A stretch of 63,951 nt of DNA, counting the filler, from Rhabdomonas costata (Eukaryota), in the NCBI GenBank assembly GCA_019059605.1. It is 33 parts of 33 records of this genome, joined end to end, with 100 filler letters (N's around TTAATTAATTAA, not from the genome) between each part and the next. Parts side by side here need not be neighbours in the genome. Positions count along the whole stretch, not along the records: positions 38,825 to 40,665 come from JAHMHO010008339.1; positions 40,766 to 42,606 come from JAHMHO010008340.1; positions 42,707 to 44,547 come from JAHMHO010008341.1; positions 44,648 to 46,488 come from JAHMHO010008342.1; positions 46,589 to 48,424 come from JAHMHO010008343.1; positions 48,525 to 50,365 come from JAHMHO010008344.1; positions 50,466 to 52,308 come from JAHMHO010008345.1; 26 more parts are not named here. The stretch is one strand, 5' to 3'. Below, in pieces: positions 38,825-50,522 of this stretch. The notes under the pieces are model-generated. The model saw only the letters and a list, made by a program, of their open reading frames with translations. It made no database searches and was not told the DNA's origin. How positions within the stretch are numbered: the first letter of the stretch is position 1; the number at the start of each line of letters is the position of its first letter. Made by a program: the position numbers and the translations under genes.

Positions 38825-39288
38825 TGGTCACTGTGACCGGCATTCGGTACTGCCGTATGCTGGAGGACTACCTCCTACCCCAGCTGGAGCACCACCATGT
38901 CGCTCAAAGCAGAGTGTGGTTTCAGCAGGATGGTGCCCGGCCTCACACCGCAGCTTCCACCCTCACACACCTGCAAAGGGCATTTCCCGGAAAGGTGCTT
39001 TCCAAGGGGGGTTCGGTTGAGTGGCCACCGCGGTCCCCAGACTTATCCCTCCCTGATTTCTTCCTTTGGGGTCATATTAAGGCAGAGGTGAACCGGAGTA
39101 GGGTCCCCTCTCTCGCTGCACTCAAGCAGCGCATCCGGGCAGCCCTACACGGCCTGTCGCAGGACACCGTGAAGGCTGCGGTGGACAACCTGGCGCTGCG
39201 TGCCAGGGCTTGCGTACGCCTACGCGGAGGTTACCTGGAGACCGTGTTAACTACCACGTTAACTGGTGGGTGCTGGGAGCTTTCGTAA
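38825..39288 (+). CDS. Tc1/mariner-superfamily transposase, C-terminal catalytic part (DD41D)
   Basis: VWFQQDGARPH...WPPRSPDLSLPDFFLWGHIK, with 41 residues between the second and third catalytic Asp. Confidence 0.92.
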
Positions 39289-39479
39289 ACTTTCGGTTTC
39301 CTGCCTCTTTTTTCAATTCAATTGATTTTCTGGGCTATGGGTATTTGGGCACCAGGACCCCGCAGGAAAAAAATGGCAGCATGTGTATGATGCACCTACA
39401 CTATAACCTGGACCCGAGTACCAACAGTGAAGAATTTATTCAAAAAGTATATTTATCATTTTAAATGGGACACCCAGTA
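38825..39479 (+). mobile_element. Right end of a Tc1/mariner DNA transposon with a probable TIR and TA target
   Basis: Downstream ...TATCATTTTAAATGGGACACCCAG|TA (ends 39477, TA at 39478-39479). The reverse complement TA|CTGGGTGTCCC resembles TA|CAGGGTG-type TIRs. Confidence 0.7.
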
Positions 39480-40765
39480 TGTGATCTGTTATTATGAAAT
39501 AATAGTAAAGCATTTCTTTAGCGTCACATTTGCATGTAGAGCGTCAACCAACTCAACCAAGCATGAACTTGTAACATGCTTGGACGTATGTGTGGCTGGA
39601 TATCTACTAGGTGCATGTCCTGTAACAGTTGTAGGGCTAACGCATGGTCAGCCTTGGTCATTAAATCGTTGGCATTCCTTCAACCACCGGAGTTTGAGAT
39701 GGAAGTGGTGATGTTGAGGTGGACTGCCGAGGCACTCACTTACTCAATGAAAACAAAACTATTTCTATTGCAAAAAAGAAAAAAGAAGCAAAATGTATAA
39801 CGCCAATGCCAACTAGCAGACTTGGCAGGAATCCTGTTCTTCATTCCCTACAACTGCAACTGAAGTTGCAGCCCCTTTAAAGCCCACCCAGTCAGGTATT
39901 TTCAGGCATTCACCCCTTTTCAAGCATTGGCAGGTTGTGGTTGGTGATCTCGGGCATTTCCAGCCTTCAAACATTCAGCTTTTCGCCCAGATCGCCAGTT
40001 TTCAGCCTTGCGATGGAGAAGACTCTGTCGGATGCAGCGTTCGTATTCGGGATGCGCCAGCATCAGAAAGCAGTTGCCGTTCTCTTCTCTTTCCACCACT
40101 GCAGTGGAGATCGTGGAAGGCCGTGGAATGCAATCAAGCTGAGGTACTCCGCCACTTTGCTAAGAGAACTCCTGGCACCTGCTGGAAGTTGCCAGGAGCC
40201 ACTGGGGTCGAAGGTGAAGGTGGGTGGGTGATAATTGGTGGTAGTGAGTCCGCCCAACTCTGCCAGCTCCAGGGATATTGTGCATGGCTGTGTTGTTGCT
40301 GTGCTGTATGAAGCCTCTGTGTCCTGGAAAGCTTATGTGTGAGGCAGGAACTGGATTCAAGGTCCTAGGGTCCCTTTCATTAGGACAGAATACATTCCAG
40401 CTGGGCAACGCGCACGAATTAGTCGGTTTTCCACAGAGTCCTGAGCCGCCAACCTCAAGCGGCCTCTGCTAATTGGGGGGAGTCGCCTTTTTATGGGACC
40501 CCCTCCCTTTTATAACCACTGCGGACTCCTTGTAACATTAAAGGTATTTCTGGCTCTTATATTTTGTATTCTCATTCAAGAAGGGAACGTCCGAGATTTA
40601 GAATTGTTTGTTTAAAATGTTGCTTTGGCTTGCTCTTGCTCAAATGAACATTTTAAACAAACAAANNNNNNNNNNNNNNNNNNNNNNNNNNNNNNNNNNN
40701 NNNNNNNNNTTAATTAATTAANNNNNNNNNNNNNNNNNNNNNNNNNNNNNNNNNNNNNNNNNNNN

Positions 40766-42215
40766 GCAGTGGGAGAAGGAGTGCGCCAAGGCCCGAGCGG
40801 CTGGGGCAGCGGCCTCCGCTTCCTCTCCAGCGCCCGCCAAAGGTCCGCCTGCAGAGGATGCAATGGCTGTCGATGACGACGGCGAGGGCCCCCATCCGCC
40901 CTCTGGCGCAGAGGAGCCCGGTTCAACACAGGTACGAGAAGAAAATGCATGCTTATGTAATCCCAGTAAGTTGCGGTATATTTGCAGCGTGGTAAACTCC
41001 TGCAGCGCAAAGAATCCAGCATTGCACCTCCAATCACCACCCAGACGAAAGAAGACCCTTGCAACTGTCGTCCGTAGCGCAGCGCACAAACGGCAAGCCT
41101 GTGCTTCGTTGAAGTTGAAAAATAAGCCTGAGAGCTAGAATTATGGTGAGAAGAGAGACGTGAGAAGGTTGAGTTGAAGATTAGGAGTTGCGCTCAGAGC
41201 TCTGGGTTCAGATCTTCCTGTTGAAGGCCTTGTGGCTTGGGCAAGCTTCTGCCTTGGTTCTGTTGTGAGGCCTTGATTAGTAAAACTGGCGAAGCCAACC
41301 TCGTGCGATGTCCCCTACTGCCCTGCACACCGTCGTCGTGTGGTGTGTCCCTTTTTAAAGCTGGGGAGCGCTGCGAGCTCGTCCTCCACTTCCTCTTCTT
41401 CGGCGCCGGGTGGGGAGAAGCCGGAGCTTCCCCCACAGCCCGAACTTGAGGTGTACCGGGCTGTGCGGTGGCTGGTACCCGTGCCGTGGGTGGAGCAATG
41501 GAAGGCCTTCGTGGACAGCAAAGCACCCTCTGCCGAGCGCCCCGAGGAGCCCGTGCCCACGGCGACGCTGCTGTGTCAACCTCACCAAAGGTATCCGATC
41601 TTTGGGAGTGAGGATAGCGGACCGTCATTGATTAAAAAGAACATGGAGATGCATTCATTGGGAGTTGAAATAGAGACCGCCTTGGCGGGCTCCTCACCTC
41701 TCCGGTTTTTGTTACCGGTGCCGGGTTGGTTCTGAACCGAACTCGCAGTAATTAAGGGCCGGGGTGCGAGGACCGAAAAAGGACTTTAAAACCCGATGAA
41801 GGAATGACTCCCGACACCCATCGCACTTTTCAACTAAGGCCTTCGAATGCAGAGAGAAAACAATATCGCCCGCATCTCTGCAATGCGCTCCCTTTGAAAT
41901 AATATGAACGAGAAATGAAGATGCTTAAGTTAGGTGGTCCCGGAATCTCGCAAATACCCCGAAACCTTCCTCCATCTCCCCACGGTCTGTGGTGTTCACA
42001 GTGCAATGCGCCCTGCGTATGGTGTGTTTCTTTCCCTGCAGGCGTGGCGTCATCCTTTTAGGTTTCTGTATACCACGGAGGACTACTTCCCCTCACAGCC
42101 CAAGGGCAGAGCCAGCCGCGATGGGGGCCGCCGGGGAGTCCCCCTTGCCCCACCCAAGCCTGCCTTCGCCATTGTGTCCTCAGAAACCTGGGAGGCACTG
42201 CCGAAGCTGTACCAG
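40766..42215 (+). CDS. DUSP-domain ubiquitin-specific protease fragment (USP48-like); exons 40766-40931, 41361-41590 and 42062-42215
   Basis: WLVPVPWVEQWKAFV...PVPTATLLCQPHQR|FLY...FAIVSSETWEALPKLY fits the DUSP pattern; splice phases agree. Confidence 0.65.
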
Positions 42216-42405
42216 GCACGGGGGAGCACCTCCCCCACCCCCCATCCCAAACCCTAACGTGCCCTACCTAAACCCTTCACCGCCATGAAGCAGCTGTCTC
42301 TGATATTTATGCCACGTGTATCTGGTCCCACGAAATGCTGGGCTGGTTCCCGAGAGGGCCTCCTTTCTATGTACGTTCATTCCTTGCAGTGGACGCACCT
42401 CGCAT

Positions 42406-42600
42406 AAAAGAGGGCTAAGCCGAAGTAGGCTAGATAACCTTTTTATGTACAGCAGGCCTCAGGAAACGCTGCGTGGCCGGTCCTTGGGTTTGAGTTTCCT
42501 ATCCTTTCACCCTCGGTTGTGGTGTATCTTGGCGGCTCTTATCGTATCCCTTTTGCGCCGCTTCTTGCCCCACACAGCCGAGGGTTTAACGACGGGCACC
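42406..42600. repeat. Short dispersed repeat family A, copy 2
   Basis: Homologous to 28847-29019; contains the stem CCCTCGGTTGTG / CACAGCCGAGGG. Confidence 0.9.
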
Positions 42601-42796
42601 CACAACNNNNNNNNNNNNNNNNNNNNNNNNNNNNNNNNNNNNNNNNNNNNTTAATTAATTAANNNNNNNNNNNNNNNNNNNNNNNNNNNNNNNNNNNNNN
42701 NNNNNNTGTGTGGTGGGAGAGAGTGTAAGTGAGGTGAAAGGGGTGAGCTCTGGGTTGAGTGGAGAGGAGTGGAGAGGGAGAGAGAGAGAGAGAGAC

Positions 42797-42946
42797 CTGC
42801 TCCAGCTTCGCCATCTTGCCCTCCTTCACCAGCCGCCCCAGCTTGGTGACAGGGACCCACTCCTTCTCCTCCTTGTTGCCTCGGCCCCGCCCGCGACCGC
42901 GCCCGCGGCCGAAGCCACGCCCGCGACCACCTTCAGCTTCCGCCAT
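42797..42946 (-). CDS. RPS2: 40S ribosomal protein S2 (uS5), first coding exon
   Basis: [44 protein letters not shown]...LEQ|gtctct: RG-rich N-terminus plus the [12 protein letters not shown] signature. Confidence 0.97.
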
Positions 42947-44819
42947 TTTTCTTTTATGAGAGTGCCCCAAAGGCTATTGGGTTTGCTCTGTCTTCCGTGC
43001 ACTTGGGCTGTTGGGAGGGGGGTCCACTGAGGAAGAAAAAACTCTGTGTACCGGCCCAGCCCCAACCGTTCCACACACCAAGCTCTTTCCGCTCACTACA
43101 TTGCCTGCTACTTGGGTCTCAGATCAAAAGCAGTAAGCAACCGGATGAGTTTAGGCGCACCTCCGGAATCTTCAGGATACTGAGAAAGAGGCTGTTGGGC
43201 CACGGCAGGGGTGAGTTTGTTCTCTGACTCTGTTTCTCTCAGACAGATCGCCATGCTTTCTTTTAGTGAAGGGTGTGGAATGGAATGCCAGCGAACTGGG
43301 CTGAACTGTGTGTCGGTCATGTGACTGGGCACTGTCCGCACTGTGAATGGGTGTCCAGGCGTGGGCTGAAAGCAACTGCTGGGAGGGAGTCGGCACTCGT
43401 GTGGTGGGCAAAAGCTGACTGCTTGCAAATGCCTATTCATTTCTGCTGAAAGGGTTGAGCCGGTTGCCGTTGCCAGGGGAACCAGGAGTTCGGTGCACAA
43501 ACACCAAAACAGACAGGTTCGCGCCGCAATTGTTCTTACTGATTTTGCCTCATTGTCACAGCCCTTGTCTCGTGCCTCCAGCACTCAAAAGACATGTTTA
43601 AGAGACTTGAAATCTTGTGTGGAGGGAGCTCATAAATGCGATGACAATGTCCAATGTGCAGTCTTAAAACAACACTTCTGCGTCACCGCGTCAACCGACC
43701 CACCAACCGACGAGAAAAAGCAATTGTACGATAGCACGATGCCCATGCAAAATTCCTCATGCGGTAGCCTGGAAAACGACAATCAAATGCGACAACAACA
43801 GAGTAGCTTCAGAAAGGATGTAGCGACCATGCACACAGTACTGGACACGCAGTGGAACTACTCTTTGCTGCTCAAGCGGCTCACAGTCTCTGCCCACTGT
43901 GCCTCGGAGCGAGCGGGGAAGGTCGGCAGGGAATTTGCCACGTATCTGTCCTCGAGCTTCTTCCGCGTAGGCGAAGACAAAACCACAGGCCAAGGGATGT
44001 TGGGGTCCTTGTCCGCAATTTGGGCATCGTGCAGCCTGCAAGCCAAGGGAAGAGAAGGGAAGAAAAAGACAAAAAACACTGCTGGGAGTCTGGGGGTGCA
44101 ACCCATGTGTTAAAATAACGTCGGAGGAAGAGAGAGCCGACCCGGCGCTCCACGGTGCACGGCGGTAACGGAGGATGACAGATTTCTGGTTTTCTCGTGA
44201 CCCCCCCCCCCTATTGCGAGACTACAGACAGACACCGTTTTTTCTTGCAAGAGAGGGAGAAGCTTCGCCGGGGCTCTGTTTTTGTCAAGTGGATGGGAGA
44301 CCGCGTACCCGGGCGGGTTCCCCTCTTTCTCCTGTGGCCTCATTCCTTTTCCGTCGTGCTATTGCGAACACGAATAGAGACCATTTTCGGCGGTTTTACC
44401 TTGCTTGTGTTTCCTGGTGTCGTTGGCTTTGACCAAGCTCAAGTGAACCAAAGCGGGCTTGCAAAAGAAAAGGAAAAAGATGCCCCCGATAAAAAAACGA
44501 CATTCTCAATTCATTTGGGAGAACCTGAGGAGAACCCGGTCTAACAANNNNNNNNNNNNNNNNNNNNNNNNNNNNNNNNNNNNNNNNNNNNTTAATTAAT
44601 TAANNNNNNNNNNNNNNNNNNNNNNNNNNNNNNNNNNNNNNNNNNNNTTTTGGGGGTATCTCCCCGATGATGCTGATCCGTTCAATTCACTCCTGTGCTG
44701 TATTCGGGACGGATACTTTCAGTAACACTTGCGGTTTTTTGTGTTCTTTCTTATGGCCCCTCATTTGGAGTTATGCCAAACATAAATAATGCTGTTACAA
44801 AGTCCACTTTACCCCATAT

Positions 44820-45210
44820 TACCGCAGGTAGGGTAGCATCTTGGCATCCCTGAGTCCATCTTCCATCACCTGAGGGTACGTAGGGGTGGGTGCGTCCAGC
44901 GACCACCCCGTAGTAGGAGTGAAGGTGAAGGGCACCTGCGGTAGGTATGCATCCAGGGGTAAGGTGTACTCTCACGCTCCCTCACCCTTGGGTGGTATAG
45001 AGGGCACCGCAGGTAGCTTCTTCCTCTCCCTGAGTTCTGAGTGGAGGGTGCCCCTGGGGGTGTAGGAGGTAAGGATGGGTCTTTGCGTTGGTGGGAGATG
45101 AGGGAGGTGAGGGAGGTAGTGGGTACCCTTGGCCTTCATGCATCTAGGGTGGGAGGTGGTGATGCATCGGGTACCTGGGGGTGTAGGAGGTGGGCATCTG
45201 GGGGTTACAT
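44820..45210. repeat. Degenerate G-rich tandem repeat tract
   Basis: Recurring GGGTACC/GGGCACC, GTAGGAGGT and GCATCY motifs at irregular spacing. Confidence 0.6.
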
Positions 45211-45393
45211 CTTCATGAGTCACGTAGTGGATCATGATTAGTAGATGCACATAGGGGTATCATACATTCCATCTTGGTGGTGGGTGAGTTGAACTGAACG
45301 CAGCCATCTGCTACCAGCAATTTTTTTTTCGCATTCCAAACACACAAACCCTGTATGGTGTCTTTTGCCTCCCCACCCCCCACCCCGTTGCAG

Positions 45394-46488
45394 GAGTACA
45401 CCGAGCTGGAGGAGGGCAGGACGGAGGTGGAGGTGTGGGCTCCGCTTTTAGGGCACTTTGCGATGGTCACCAGCCGCCCCACCAGCCGCTTTATGGCGGC
45501 CTCGGGGCGGTGGGAAGACGCCGTCCCAGGTTCGTGCACAGTTACGCACGCACCCCTCACACGCATACCTGGGCTCGGTTTCTATTTATCTTTGCGTTGC
45601 ATGTCGCGCTTGGATTTTTGCTAGGCTCGCACTTGCCCCCATCAGCGAATAGCTCTCTCTCTCTATGCCGCTTCCGAGCTGTCAGCTACGCATATGATTA
45701 TGATTATGCAATCCCCTCTTCTATTTTTTTGCACGCATATATCTTCCCTGCCAACCGAACGTGTCAGTGGTAAACCCATTGGGAAGAACATGCTGTCATA
45801 CAGGGTTGCTGCTGCTGCATCCTTTCGTGGACCATCTGGTTTTGACTTTTTGGCCTCCATGTTTTCCCAAAAAGGCAAGGTGGGGCCTCGGCTAAGGGAG
45901 ATTCGGGAGGAGCTACGCATTCCCATGGAGCGAATGGTGGACAGCTTGCCGATTAGTGTGGCGGAGTATGCGCAAATCGAGCAGGTGCCTCCGCTGTTCG
46001 TTTTTTTTTTTGGAAAAGCAAGGAATGTCCTAAAACGGGTTAGGGACTCGAGATGGATGAAGGGGAGTCGCCTTGACTCTGAGGATGACCTATATGCGTT
46101 ATTTTTCAGGTGATCGGTAAAAAGTTAGACATCTTGGAAATACACCTTGACGTTCTCGTCAAACTTTACCTTAGCGCAGCAAAGGATGATTCTTGTTTCA
46201 TGATTTATTCGTGGTGATGTCCATCTACCATGCAGTGGTATGAATTAATATAGTGCCATTCAAAATAACCGCAGCTGCCGAGAGTGTCCGCCGTTCTCGG
46301 TCGTCCGTGGATTTCACCGATGAGTGCTCTGCGCTGCAGAATTCGCCTTCATTCTGTTCTTCCTTAGGGTGTCACGGGGATGGAAGTGTGGCCGCCCAAG
46401 CTTCTGAAGTTCGCGAACCTGACCGGGATTCCCATCTATAACTTTATCATCGACCTTCCCCTTCAGGAGCTTGGGCGGCCACCACCCC
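45394..46488 (+). CDS. Protein with two tandem XRE/Cro-C1-like HTH domains; exons 45394-45529, 45875-45984 and 46368-46488 (partial at both ends)
   Basis: Spliced product: EYTELEEGRTEVEVWAPLLGHFAMVTSRPTSRFMAASGRWEDAVPG|KVGPRLREIREELRIPMERMVDSLPISVAEYAQIEQ|GVTGMEVWPPKLLKFANLTGIPIYNFII. GT-AG introns keep phase, and the internal repeat aligns across the splice junction. Confidence 0.75.
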
Positions 46489-47084
46489 NNNNNNNNNNNN
46501 NNNNNNNNNNNNNNNNNNNNNNNNNNNNNNNNTTAATTAATTAANNNNNNNNNNNNNNNNNNNNNNNNNNNNNNNNNNNNNNNNNNNNCAAGGATTAGAA
46601 AAGCGCTAGTACCTATTGAAGTGAACTCACATCGTGAAATTGATAAGTTATACTCTGTAATTGCTCCCTAGATGAGCGTTTTTCGAAAGCACCTCAACAT
46701 AACTGCTGGGTGTTGCACAACGAGCTGAAAAGCGTTAGTTTAGAGTTAAGTCCGCAGCGTGGCCGCAGCGACTGGGCGGATCAGAGAGGGGGTGGCAAGG
46801 CTTTCCTCAGGCATGGCTCACAGTGAACGAAGCCTGATCCCCTTTTGGGGGGCGTGGTGGGTTTGGAGGAGGAGGGGCATTGAAGGTTTGTGGTAACCAT
46901 AACCCAATACGAATCACTGGCTACCACTGGTATACTTGGCATACCCTCCACCGCACGAACGTCAACAGCATTCTCAAGTTCTCCTCAACTTAAACCCATT
47001 ATCTTAACACAACTTACACGGTGTGGGGCATAGCGACATAGCAAAACAGCGAATCAAGCGCAACCCCAGCACCCTCACACAGAC

Positions 47085-47330
47085 CCACGACGGCGGCCAC
47101 GCTGGCCGCAAAGATCGTGACCTTCACCAGGCCCGCCCGCCCGGAGTACCAGCACCCCATTACCACCATTAGGGCGTTCATGCAGAACGACGTCGGCAGG
47201 TACCCCGTGGAGGCTACAAACATCGCCGGGGAGGCCGCCGAGAGCGCCAGGTATAGCAGCGCGGCGCGGCCCCCGAAGACCTGTGCGGCGCCCGCCGCGA
47301 AGACCATCTCACACAGCACGGAGACCTCTC
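47085..47330 (-). CDS. ALG9: Alpha-1,2-mannosyltransferase (ALG9-like, GT22) internal exon
   Basis: CEMVF...SPAMFVASTGYLPTSFCMNALM...AAVVG matches the ALG9 motif GMF..S..FLPSSF.M; AG and GT boundaries present. Confidence 0.8.
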
Positions 47331-47398
47331 CTGCGTGGGATGTGGCAAAGACAACGTGTAGAGGGAGCGAAGGGACGAAGGGACAAAAATGAGTAACT

Positions 47399-47519
47399 GA
47401 GGGTAATGCCAAAGCTGGCCTGGGCCTCAGGTCAGTACCCAACCGTGCCCCTTGGCGGCTGTTCTTTTTTTTCTTGTGCCGCTTCTTTCCCCAGCACAGC
47501 CGAGAATTTAACGACGGCA
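47399..47519. repeat. Short dispersed repeat family A, copy 3 (internally deleted; upstream of the ALG9 exon, probably intronic)
   Basis: GCCTGGGCCTCAGG...GTGCCCCTTGGCGGCT...GCCGCTTCTT...CACAGCCGAGAATTTAACGACGGCA matches copies 1 and 2. Confidence 0.8.
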
Positions 47520-48530
47520 AAACAGAAACAAAAGGACTCTGACCCTTTCATTTCGCTACTGTTGTGCATCAGGGATGGTTGTTTTCAGTGACTTCCTCAC
47601 ACTTTTCTCTGTGCCGTACAAGTGAAGGTATGCCGAATGTTCTTGCTCTTCACTACCATCCAAACTCACACTCAGCACCCTAAGCACAAGGTACCGTCTT
47701 GTCATCACGTCATGGCTGCCCTTGTGTCGATGGAGTTGAGGAGGATGCTTGTAGTGGACGTGGTGACCCTGGCGATCCCACACAGCACACCATGTCATCA
47801 CAAGGTGTGTAAAGGGCTACACGTCAACCCAACGTTGTGTGATGCAGTACACCAGCGATGAACAGTGCAGGGGTTATAGTACGTACCCTCTGTTGATGGT
47901 TGTGTATAGATCATGGTGAGAGGCTAAAGGGCATCGGGCCACAGTCATCGCTTGGCACCACATGGAGATGGTTGGTGAGACCAAGGGATGATGTTGGTGG
48001 AGTGTGACGTGAAGATGACCAGTGAGACAATCCACCGCATGAGAGGCTGAGAGTGACATTCCCACCAGAAAAGTGTACAGGAGGGCCTTCTGAGTGTTTG
48101 GTCGATGCATTCACTCTGATGCCGATGGCTTGCAACCACCACTTCAACCACAATGGAGGAGTTCGTGCATGGCTTCTCCCGAACTGAGCATGCATACAGC
48201 ATGGAGGGATGCGGAATGACGATCATAGTGAAGCATACGACAAGCAAACACCACTATGTCATGTGCCCATCTTCCTCAAAAGGTTCAACAAAACACTCAA
48301 ATCCGCATAAAAACGCGTTCTTTGGAACCACCGACCTCCGAAACGTCATGTTGGGTCGATTTCCGGAGGGTTGATTTTTTCCACCACGGACACCCCATTT
48401 TCGACCCTTACTACCACCCCACACNNNNNNNNNNNNNNNNNNNNNNNNNNNNNNNNNNNNNNNNNNNNTTAATTAATTAANNNNNNNNNNNNNNNNNNNN
48501 NNNNNNNNNNNNNNNNNNNNNNNNGTGGTT

Positions 48531-48720
48531 GTGGAAAACCTATTTACGAATCTGACGAACCTGCTCCCGGGCATTGAGCTTCACCAACCAAACTTTCATC
48601 TGCTTTTCTGGGAGAGGATGCCGAGAAAAAAGAATCCGTCCTGGAAAGCAGATGAAAGTTTGGTTGGTGAAGCTCAATGCCCGGGAGCAGGTTCGTCAGA
48701 TTCGTAAATAGGTTTTCCAC
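48531..48720. repeat. Inverted repeat, 76-bp perfect arms and 38-nt spacer, at a contig start
   Basis: 48531-48606 is the reverse complement of 48645-48720. Confidence 0.95.
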
Positions 48721-50522
48721 GGGCCATGAATGTACACGCTGGTGATGACTGTGTGTAAGCCAACTTTCCTCACAAATAAAAAACACAAATAACTGCTTGG
48801 TCCCACACAACACCCAAACCCCTGCTGCTAAGATAAAGAGGGAGATATATGTGTTGCCGTGATAAGCTGCGACACCAAAGTCGTGCTCTTGAAGTCGAGG
48901 AGGGGGAGGAATGTAAAAACCACCGGAAATTAACAGTAATCGCGAAGAAGAGAAGTAGTGAGATGGGGAAGGGAAGGCACCACAACCCACCTGTTGACCC
49001 TTCTGCCACAGCTTCCTCGGCAGCATTCCACAGAAGCTCCTGCGTGTCCCTTCTGCAGCGAGAACCACACACACATACGTACACATCTCCTTCTCCCTTC
49101 TTTTCGCTGATTTCAGCAGTATACCATAGAGCCAGGGAAAAAGAAGATGCATCAAACAAAGCATCAAACAAAAGCATTTTTCCTGCACGCTGTCAGGGGA
49201 CGGAGTTCAAAACCAGCACCCAGCCCCTGACTTTGGTGAAGTGGGCGAGGGGTTGGGGTCGGAAGGTCGGAAGGTCTGATTATACACACGTATTCTGCTC
49301 GTAAGGTTCATGGAGTGGGCCAGTGTTCAGGGGAAAGAGGCGGTCCCGCCATTATATCCGAATCTTAACCCTGTCAGGTCCTCTGTGTCATAATCTAACG
49401 GACCATAGTACGGTTAGTAGCAGGAAATATTGCGAGCGCTATTCCGAAACGGGGGAGGGCGCTAATGCGCAATGGCTAACGGCTCACAGCCACAAGGGCA
49501 CACGCACTGGAAGTCCAGTAGAAACAGGGAGGGCCGCCTAAGGTCGTCGTGGCACCACGCCAACACCGCGCAGTGTCCCAGCAGCGGCGCAATGAGCTCT
49601 GAAAGGGTATGTAGGAAAAAAGGACCTGAATCATCGTAGTTGCCGCTGTTGGCTTTCACTGGGATATGCGGGTCTTGGGGACTTCTTCGATGCACTGTGG
49701 GCTCCTCGGCACACCATTAGTAATTTTGAGGGACATAAAAAACGACTGTGGATCCAACCCTTGTGCAGGAAAAAGCGCCCTCCATTGATAACCCATTGAT
49801 AACAGATAATCCGAAAGCTCATATATTGTGTGCCCTTGGGCCCTTCACCTGCAGTCATCCGAGAGAGGAAAAAGTAGCCATTACACAATGAGGCGCATGG
49901 AAGAGAAAGGGATGGACAGGAGGTGGTGAGAGGGAGGCCACGGACCGGCTCCAGCAACCGACTCCGCCACGGAAGACCTCAGGTGCAGGAGCTGCGGCGC
50001 CAGAAAGAATACAGAATCCACACATAGGGGAACAGTCTTGTGTGCTAACGTCCACAGCAGCAAACAGATAACAGATTTGCAAAAACAAAGCTGACAGTTA
50101 ACACCCGAAAAGGATAACAGGTGTGAGCAATCCGAAGAAGAAGCGCGGGTACTAATCCTAAATCCAAATCTAGCTCTGCCCATTTCCTCAGAAAAATAGG
50201 AACTCTCCTCACTTTCGAAGAAGCACCAAAATGCACATGCGAAAGAGCCCTGGCACCCCTCCCCCTGTCGTAATGCCAACTCCAGGAACCTCAGCGAGCT
50301 GCGAGTCCAGTCTCCACGCGGAAGCTCGACCGGAGTAGTGCCTGGACAAGCCATGAACCAAACAANNNNNNNNNNNNNNNNNNNNNNNNNNNNNNNNNNN
50401 NNNNNNNNNTTAATTAATTAANNNNNNNNNNNNNNNNNNNNNNNNNNNNNNNNNNNNNNNNNNNNGGGTGGGGGTGGAAGTTCCGAAGGATACTGAACTT
50501 CCACCCCCGCCCTCCGTTCTAC

